Of a stretch of DNA of 64,000 bases, positions 58,874 through 64,000 are shown piece by piece. This DNA comes from Patescibacteria group bacterium (GTDB taxonomy: Bacteria > Patescibacteriota > Minisyncoccia > Phycocordibacterales > GCA-2747955), in assembly GCA_048538215.1 (NCBI GenBank), contig JBLYPV010000001.1, positions 467,850 through 531,849 of the forward strand, written 5' to 3'. A program made the translations under genes and the position numbers. The stretch's first letter is position 1. Each line of letters opens with the position of its first letter. A model generated the notes under the pieces. That model was not told the DNA's origin and did no database searches. It saw only the letters and a list, made by a program, of their open reading frames with translations.

Positions 58874-58909
58874 ATGGTAAAAGTTGTCCAGCTGGACAAC
58901 TTTTACCAT
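58874..58909. repeat. Family-B palindromic element, 36-bp perfect (ATGGTAAAAGTTGTCCAGCTGGACAACTTTTACCAT)
   Basis: Perfect palindrome in the divergent promoter region between the femAB-like gene (-) and the 59107 gene (+). Confidence 0.75.
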
Positions 58910-59106
58910 AAATCGTTGAAATAATTTAAGGCTTATTCCTAGAGCGGATGAGCTTGCTATTCTAAGGTTTTAAGTTAAGTGATGTACTTAAAAGCCAAAG
59001 GCCTGAAATATGCATTTTTATATTACAAATCCCACTTTTCTAGTATCTTTGTGTATAAGTAGCGCTCTTGTATGCTTCGTTCGCGTGTATAATTATGAGA
59101 AGTAGT

Positions 59107-61278
59107 ATGTCATTTTTTGCCGCTAATCATCAGGAGCGACCGAAAGCAGGAAATGTCCGAATTATCGGGCTCTTTGCTTGTGCTCTGCTCTTGCCTGTGC
59201 TCGCTTTTGCACAGCAATCGGCTCCTCCGGGCAATAATACCGATCCACCTATCAATACGGGGAGCGCCTCACAGATAAAGGCAGGAGGGCTGAGCCTCGG
59301 CTCTTTAGTAGTAGAAGGGGGTATTATTTTTGAGGGCAATCTGGGGATTGGCACTAGTGGGCCAGCTAGTAGCCCGCTTGAGGTAGTGGGCAGTGCGGTG
59401 AGTATTATTTTTGGTCAGAATGATAATCCAGCTTATCAAGCCCAGCTTATAAGTGGTGATTCTTTCTATGGCTTTCGTGATGGTGATGGGGCTAGCACCT
59501 TGAGCATCTTGCAATCCAATGGCTCTGTGGGTATCGGCACTACTACTCCATTACAAAAATTACACGTAGATGGCAATCTGGCGCTTACTACAGGGCAACA
59601 CATTTATTTTGGAGGCACTAGTGGGCAAGACCTGTATGGTGATGGAGCCACAGCACTTTATTTTGATTCTGCAAGTGCCAACACGGCATATTTTCTTATG
59701 CGTAATTCAGTCAATGCTCCTCTGGGCTATTTGTATGGAGACAACACAGGTAATTTTGGCTTACTTGATGCAGATGGCAATTGGGCTATCCAAAGTGATA
59801 CCGACGCCAACATCAATTTCCGAGTAAACAACGATGAAAAAATGCGCATCCTCTCGAGTGGCAATGTGGGGATTGGGACAGCGAGTCCCGGATTGAAATT
59901 TGATGTATCAAATACATCAAATCAAGCTAATTTGGGAGTTATCCGTACAGATGGCAAATGGGCTACCCTATATGCAGGTTCTGGATTTTCAGGGATAGGG
60001 TTTGATAATTCAGGATATTTCAATATTAGTCCAGAATCTTCTCGTACCGGAACTACGGCAGGCGGAGGGTTGACTATTAATAATCTGGGCTCTGTCGGCA
60101 TCGGCACCACAGCTCCCAGCGCAGGGCTCAAGCTAGATGTGGCAGGCAAGGTAGGAGCTACAGAGTATTGTGATGCAGATGGAGCTAATTGTACCCTTGC
60201 TGCTAGCTTGGGGGGAGGCGATAATTTGGGCAATCACACTGCCACTCAAAATCTTGTACTTGGAAACAATAGTATCACTGGCATCGGAGAGCTTCAATTT
60301 AATAGTGGAAGCAATCATAGTATTACCTCAAATGCTGCTGGGCTTATTTTTGATGGGGGTGACGGTACTCCTGACTTTTTAATCTACGATAATCAATCAT
60401 ACACCAACAATCTTATGCTAGGATATAATGGCACAGCTATTCTCTCTACCTACGACACCAATGAAGACCTGCAGATATCTGCTAATGGTACGGGGATAGT
60501 AGATATCAATGATAGTGTAGATATTTCAGGTGAACTCACCCTCTCTTCTGCTCGAAAGATCAATTTTGGTAGCCAGGAATTGTATGGAGATAATAACACT
60601 CATTTATACTTTGATTCTAATAATGTTAGTATTGCAAGTTTTATGCTCCGTAATTCCAATAATGCAGTTATCGGTTCACTTCATGGGACTAATACTGGTA
60701 TGTTTGGATTATTAAATGGTTATGGCAATTGGATCATTCAATCAAATCTCGATGACAATATCAATTTTCAGGTATCTAATAGTGAAAAAATGCGCATTGA
60801 TTCTGCTGGACAAGTGCAAATTGCTACCACTACCGCTACCTCATCACTCAAGCTTGCGGTAGATGGCAAGGTAGGAGCTACCGAGTATTGTGATGAAAAT
60901 GGAAATTATTGTAGATCACTAGCTGCTGGCTGGCCATTTATCAGCTCACCGATAGCACATCCTGGAAATGGTAATGCTATTGTAGTAAATCATAATTTAC
61001 CCGCTGCCCCCAATGAAGTCCAGGTAGATATAGTAAATGTAGCAGCTAGCGGTGTATTTGACGGTGGATATACCACGGGGGAACGTATTTATAATGTACC
61101 GAGCTTGTCTCAAACAAATGACGGTCTTCACCAGATGGGAATAGTAGTGATGACAGATAATAGTAGTCAGATAAAAATGAGAGTCTCTTCTCTGGGTTTT
61201 TTTATGGTGCAAAAAGATAGCGGTGCTCCATTTAGGTTGGATCCTACTAAGTGGAGCTTTATCGTTAAAGCCCGGTAA
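59107..61278 (+). CDS. Secreted tail-fibre-like repeat protein with internal duplication (GNVGIGT...KLDVAGKVGATEYCD modules)
   Basis: Signal peptide; repeated GN(V/L)GIGT(S/A)xP...L(K/E)(L/V) motifs; two ~250-aa halves each ending KL(D/A)V(A/D)GKVGATEYCD(A/E)(D/N)G. Confidence 0.55.
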   Translation: MSFFAANHQERPKAGNVRIIGLFACALLLPVLAFAQQSAPPGNNTDPPINTGSASQIKAGGLSLGSLVVEGGIIFEGNLGIGTSGPASSPLEVVGSAVSIIFGQNDNPAYQAQLISGDSFYGFRDGDGASTLSILQSNGSVGIGTTTPLQKLHVDGNLALTTGQHIYFGGTSGQDLYGDGATALYFDSASANTAYFLMRNSVNAPLGYLYGDNTGNFGLLDADGNWAIQSDTDANINFRVNNDEKMRILSSGNVGIGTASPGLKFDVSNTSNQANLGVIRTDGKWATLYAGSGFSGIGFDNSGYFNISPESSRTGTTAGGGLTINNLGSVGIGTTAPSAGLKLDVAGKVGATEYCDADGANCTLAASLGGGDNLGNHTATQNLVLGNNSITGIGELQFNSGSNHSITSNAAGLIFDGGDGTPDFLIYDNQSYTNNLMLGYNGTAILSTYDTNEDLQISANGTGIVDINDSVDISGELTLSSARKINFGSQELYGDNNTHLYFDSNNVSIASFMLRNSNNAVIGSLHGTNTGMFGLLNGYGNWIIQSNLDDNINFQVSNSEKMRIDSAGQVQIATTTATSSLKLAVDGKVGATEYCDENGNYCRSLAAGWPFISSPIAHPGNGNAIVVNHNLPAAPNEVQVDIVNVAASGVFDGGYTTGERIYNVPSLSQTNDGLHQMGIVVMTDNSSQIKMRVSSLGFFMVQKDSGAPFRLDPTKWSFIVKAR

Positions 61279-61469
61279 AGTTTGTAGCTTGATGATGGGG
61301 GATGAGGAGGGCGGGGCCAAAGGCCCCGCCCTCTTCCTTTCAATCCTTAAAAATCAAGGATTGAAAGGATTAAGATTTCTAAGCCCTACAAATGGGAGAA
61401 TAATCACCCCCCATTTATACACAAGCCCCCACTTATCAAACACCCAATAATTAGCTACTATAAAGCTAT

Positions 61470-61919
61470 ATGAAACACATACTCAAAAACACCACACTCG
61501 TCTTGGGAGGTATTGCCCTTGCTATAGGCAGTATGGTATTCGCTGCTACCTGGCAAGGCACTGATACTATTCAAAATGGACAAATCATAGAAGCAGATGT
61601 TATTAAAGATAATTTTGATTATTTGTATGAGCTAGTAGGGGAAGTGAAAGCTAGTTGTAGTGGAGGAGGAAGTATTATCCTAGGAAAGAACCCTATTACG
61701 GGTGAAAATATCACTCAATCACTACCAGCTAATGGAGGAGAGCATCTACAAGTAGCAGGAGCAGATGGAACAGTATACCAGTGTCTTGATGGTAGCTGGA
61801 ACGCTATCAATATGGGCTCAGGAGCAACATCTAATAATCCATGTCCTCCTGGACAGCAATTGGTGAATTCTGGTGGTGGGATGATGGTATGTAATCCAGG
61901 CGCTGGAGGCCCACAATAA
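61470..61919 (+). CDS. Small secreted Gly-rich protein
   Basis: Signal peptide LVLGGIALAIGSMVFA; no family recognised. Confidence 0.4.
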   Translation: MKHILKNTTLVLGGIALAIGSMVFAATWQGTDTIQNGQIIEADVIKDNFDYLYELVGEVKASCSGGGSIILGKNPITGENITQSLPANGGEHLQVAGADGTVYQCLDGSWNAINMGSGATSNNPCPPGQQLVNSGGGMMVCNPGAGGPQ

Positions 61920-62025
61920 AAAGGGCAAGCCAAGCCCACAGAGACTCGCAACAAAAGCAAAACAAGCGCTTTGTTTTTGTTTTATTCTAAGAATGTGAGG
62001 ATGTTTGCTTTATTTCGATAGAGAA

Positions 62026-62063
62026 AATGGTAAAAGCTGTCCGAGCTCGGACAGCTTTTACCA
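62026..62063. repeat. Family-B palindromic element, 38-bp perfect (ATGGTAAAAGCTGTCCGAGCTCGGACAGCTTTTACCAT); it is in a terminator-like position
   Basis: Read in the sequence. Confidence 0.75.
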
Positions 62064-62170
62064 TTTTTGTTTTCTCTCTCTTATTCTAATCTAAGTAGCA
62101 GACAAGCTTAAGGAGGCAGGGCTATATATGCTATAATAGGCGCACCATATATTTAATATAAAATAGCAAT

Positions 62171-62701
62171 ATGACAGATTACAATACTTTATACACCCCT
62201 GGAGATATTGATAAAGGAATGATTAATACAGTGATAGAAATCCCCCAAGGGTCGATGCATAAAATAGAATACAATCGAGAGCTGGGCACCTTTGAATTGG
62301 ATCGAGTAGAGCCAGGTATTTTTGCTAAGCCGACTAATTATGGCTTTATTCCCGCCACCCTTGATGATGATGGCGATGAGCTCGATACTCTCGTGGTAGT
62401 AGGAGAGCCACTGCCTCTGGGAGTGGTGGTACGGGCTCGAGTAATAGGTATTCTTGAATTTGAGGATGATGGTGAAATGGATCATAAGGTAATCTGCGTG
62501 CCTGCTGATGATAGACACGAAGGATCTCGTATCCAATCAATAGATGATTTGGGAGAAGTGTGGAAGCAGAAGATAGAGCATCATTTTACCCACTATAAAG
62601 ATCTCAAAAAGCCTGGAAGCACCAAAGTGCTTGGCTTTGGAGATGTGGGCAAAGCCAAAGAGGTGATACAGGAATGTATTGATCGCTGGCAGAATCGCTA
62701 G
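62171..62701 (+). CDS. ppa: Inorganic pyrophosphatase (family I)
   Basis: Conserved EIPQGS...KIEYN...DGDELD(V/T)LV motifs. Confidence 0.9.
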   Translation: MTDYNTLYTPGDIDKGMINTVIEIPQGSMHKIEYNRELGTFELDRVEPGIFAKPTNYGFIPATLDDDGDELDTLVVVGEPLPLGVVVRARVIGILEFEDDGEMDHKVICVPADDRHEGSRIQSIDDLGEVWKQKIEHHFTHYKDLKKPGSTKVLGFGDVGKAKEVIQECIDRWQNR

Positions 62702-62756
62702 GATTATTCTCCCGTGTAGACACGATCCTCACTGCTCGTCTACCAGCCCCCCACTT

Positions 62757-62790
62757 GAGTATTTATTTGCACCTGACACTAAATACTACA
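62757..62790. repeat. Family-A palindromic repeat (reverse orientation, short arms)
   Basis: Reverse complement reads TGTAGTATTTAGTGTCAGGTGCAAATAAATACTC. Confidence 0.65.
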
Positions 62791-62796
62791 TTGCAT

Positions 62797-62838
62797 ACAC
62801 AAGCCCTTAATGAGGGCTTGTGTATTTTTGTGTAGGAT
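62797..62838 (+). terminator. Intrinsic terminator after ppa
   Basis: ACACAAGCCCTTAATGAGGGCTTGTGT followed by ATTTTTGTGT. Confidence 0.55.
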
Positions 62839-62845
62839 AGGAATA

Positions 62846-62930
62846 ATGAGGGGCAGAGGCGAAGGAAAGAATATAGAGAAAAAAAGAGTATAGAGGCGAA
62901 GGAAAGAATATAGAGAAAAAAAGAGTATAG
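62846..62930. repeat. 37-bp tandem direct repeat, ~2.3 copies (GAGGCGAAGGAAAGAATATAGAGAAAAAAAGAGTATA)
   Basis: Read in the sequence. Confidence 0.7.
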
Positions 62931-62944
62931 AGAAAAAAGCTGGA

Positions 62945-62986
62945 GGGGGTAGTATTTAGTGTCAGGTGCAAATAAATACTACCCCC
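62945..62986. repeat. Family-A palindromic repeat with extended 14-bp arms (GGGGGTAGTATTTA...TAAATACTACCCCC)
   Basis: Read in the sequence. Confidence 0.75.
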
Positions 62987-63134
62987 TCAAGTTTTTCGCT
63001 ACGTGCAACGCTTGTTTGGATGCAGAATGAGGGAATTGTGAGGGAAAATAAAAAATATATTACATAGCTCTATATAATATCAATGCCAACTTATTCATTT
63101 ACAGCTGGAGCAAATAAGGCTAGTATAATATAGT

Positions 63135-63719
63135 ATGTTATACAAGGATACAAAACGTATAGGCAAACAGGAGATGGCTCTTTTGGAGGAAATCAATGCT
63201 GGAGATGTGGTCTTTGGATTCCTTACATCTGGTGGATCTACGACGATTGCCTATCGGCAAGCCAAGCGGCGCGCTTATAGACGCAAAGAGGATTGTAGGA
63301 AGCAGGATATCCTTCGGAGACTCAAGCGCCTTGAAGAGAAAAATTTAATTTGTATAGAGCAAGTATCAAGCAAAGAGCGCCGGGCACAACTCACCGAAGA
63401 AGGCCAGGTACAGCTATCCAAACAAAAACTCATAGAGCAATATGCCTCGTATCACAAATCATACAAATGGGATGGGGTATGGCGAATAGTAATGTTTGAT
63501 ATTCCACAAGAACAGCGAAGATATCGCTATGCCTTGCGTCATCTATTACAAGAATGTGGCTTTGTACAAGTACAGCAGAGCGTATATGTTGCTCCCTATC
63601 CTTGTAGGGTGCTCAAAGAGTATATTGCAAACAATCGTATCATTGGTAGCTATGTGCACATTGTCAAAGGAGAGTATGTGGGAGATGATATGCGCTTGCG
63701 GAAGGAATTCGGCATATAA
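63135..63719 (+). CDS. wHTH-like N-terminal domain fused to a Cas2-like (ferredoxin-fold) C-terminal domain; stand-alone, PaaX-like architecture
   Basis: C-terminal WRIVMFDIPQEQRRYRYALRHLLQECGFVQVQQSVYV follows the Cas2 pattern (V.YD(I/V)....RR.K..K.L...G.R.Q.SV(F/Y)). The N-terminal ~110 aa is basic and helix-rich. No cas1 or CRISPR array is nearby. Confidence 0.45.
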   Translation: MLYKDTKRIGKQEMALLEEINAGDVVFGFLTSGGSTTIAYRQAKRRAYRRKEDCRKQDILRRLKRLEEKNLICIEQVSSKERRAQLTEEGQVQLSKQKLIEQYASYHKSYKWDGVWRIVMFDIPQEQRRYRYALRHLLQECGFVQVQQSVYVAPYPCRVLKEYIANNRIIGSYVHIVKGEYVGDDMRLRKEFGI

Positions 63720-63803
63720 AAGTGGTAAGCAGGAGGAAAAAAAGCTCTGTACCGGCTTCAAAATAAGAAAAGAAAGGATGCTTATTTAGCGCTAAAAATG
63801 ATA

Positions 63804-63840
63804 GGGGTAGTATTTAGTGTCAGGTGTAAATAAATACTAC
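63804..63840. repeat. Family-A palindromic repeat
   Basis: GGGGTAGTATTTAGTGTCAGGTGTAAATAAATACTAC. Confidence 0.7.
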
Positions 63841-63915
63841 TTTTGGTTGTTTGTGTGGTGGAGAGATTGGGGAGAGGTGGGAATGTCTTGGTGTGGTGTT
63901 TGGTGTGAGGGAATA

Positions 63916-63956
63916 TGGGGGGGTAGTATTTAGTGTCAGGTGCAAATAAATACTAC
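63916..63956. repeat. Family-A palindromic repeat flanked by G-runs
   Basis: GGGGGGGTAGTATTTAGTGTCAGGTGCAAATAAATACTACC, followed by TTTGGGGGGTGGG. Confidence 0.7.
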
Positions 63957-64000
63957 CTTTGGGGGGTGGGCGTATTGTGGCTATAGCCGAGCTGGGCGAG

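Noticed and set aside
45966-62063. Family-B palindromes as nothing more than ordinary intrinsic terminators
   Set aside because: This is not fully rejected. Two copies (52605, 62026) are in terminator positions, but two (45966, 58874) sit between divergently transcribed genes where termination is not expected. The elements are therefore reported as a repeat family with a possible regulatory or recombination role.
62757-63956. Possible CRISPR array formed by the clustered ~36-bp hairpin repeats next to a Cas2-like gene
   Set aside because: Repeat spacing is irregular (189, 818 and 76 bp), the copies occur in both orientations, a 585-bp gene sits between copies, and identical elements are scattered singly at 6335, 10081 and 10766. 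This is REP/MITE-like, not a repeat-spacer array.

Overview
Low-GC (~43%) bacterial chromosomal window. The gene content looks like a reduced-genome lineage, probably Patescibacteria/CPR-like; this lineage call is inference only.

What supports that call:
- a type IV pilin and PilB ATPase with no other pilus genes nearby;
- a huge O-antigen-ligase (Wzy_C) membrane protein;
- trigger factor lacking its PPIase domain and ClpB lacking its N-domain;
- many short versions of housekeeping proteins.

The first ~45 kb is a housekeeping core:
- the replication-origin neighbourhood in classic order, rnpA-rpmH <- DnaA boxes -> dnaA - AT-rich spacer - dnaN, then holA-like, polA, tsaE, pilB, ruvB, yebC, murB, ruvC;
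- PBP1A, clpB, trigger factor, NDH-2, HU, metG, comM, tatD;
- three tRNAs: Pro-UGG, Lys-UUU, Gly-GCC.

The last ~18 kb (46-64 kb) is accessory-looking:
- two operons of secreted/surface proteins: (i) an S/T-rich protein, a 1128-aa protein with a GHSMGG lipase/esterase domain, two paralogous small 3-TM proteins and a thrombospondin-type-3 Ca-repeat protein; (ii) a tail-fibre-like GNVGIGT-repeat protein and a small secreted protein. Each operon is bracketed by copies of the same ~36-38 bp perfect palindrome (family B, 4 copies);
- a DksA/TraR gene;
- a ~450-nt ORF-poor, GC-enriched structured-RNA candidate with its own extended -10 promoter and intrinsic terminator;
- an M23 peptidase and a FemAB-like transferase;
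- a Cys-repeat surface protein.

A second, unrelated ~36-bp hairpin repeat (family A, REP/MITE-like, often G/C-run flanked) occurs 7 times. Four copies cluster at the window end, around a stand-alone wHTH + Cas2-like-domain gene.

Other oddities:
- a 108-bp tandem repeat upstream of tRNA-Lys that re-copies the tRNA 5' half;
- a GIY-YIG nuclease ORF whose 5' end overlaps tRNA-Gly;
- a DinJ antitoxin followed by a truncated YafQ/RelE-like toxin remnant;
- a 46-bp perfect palindrome before ruvB.

No CRISPR array, integrase or transposase was recognised.
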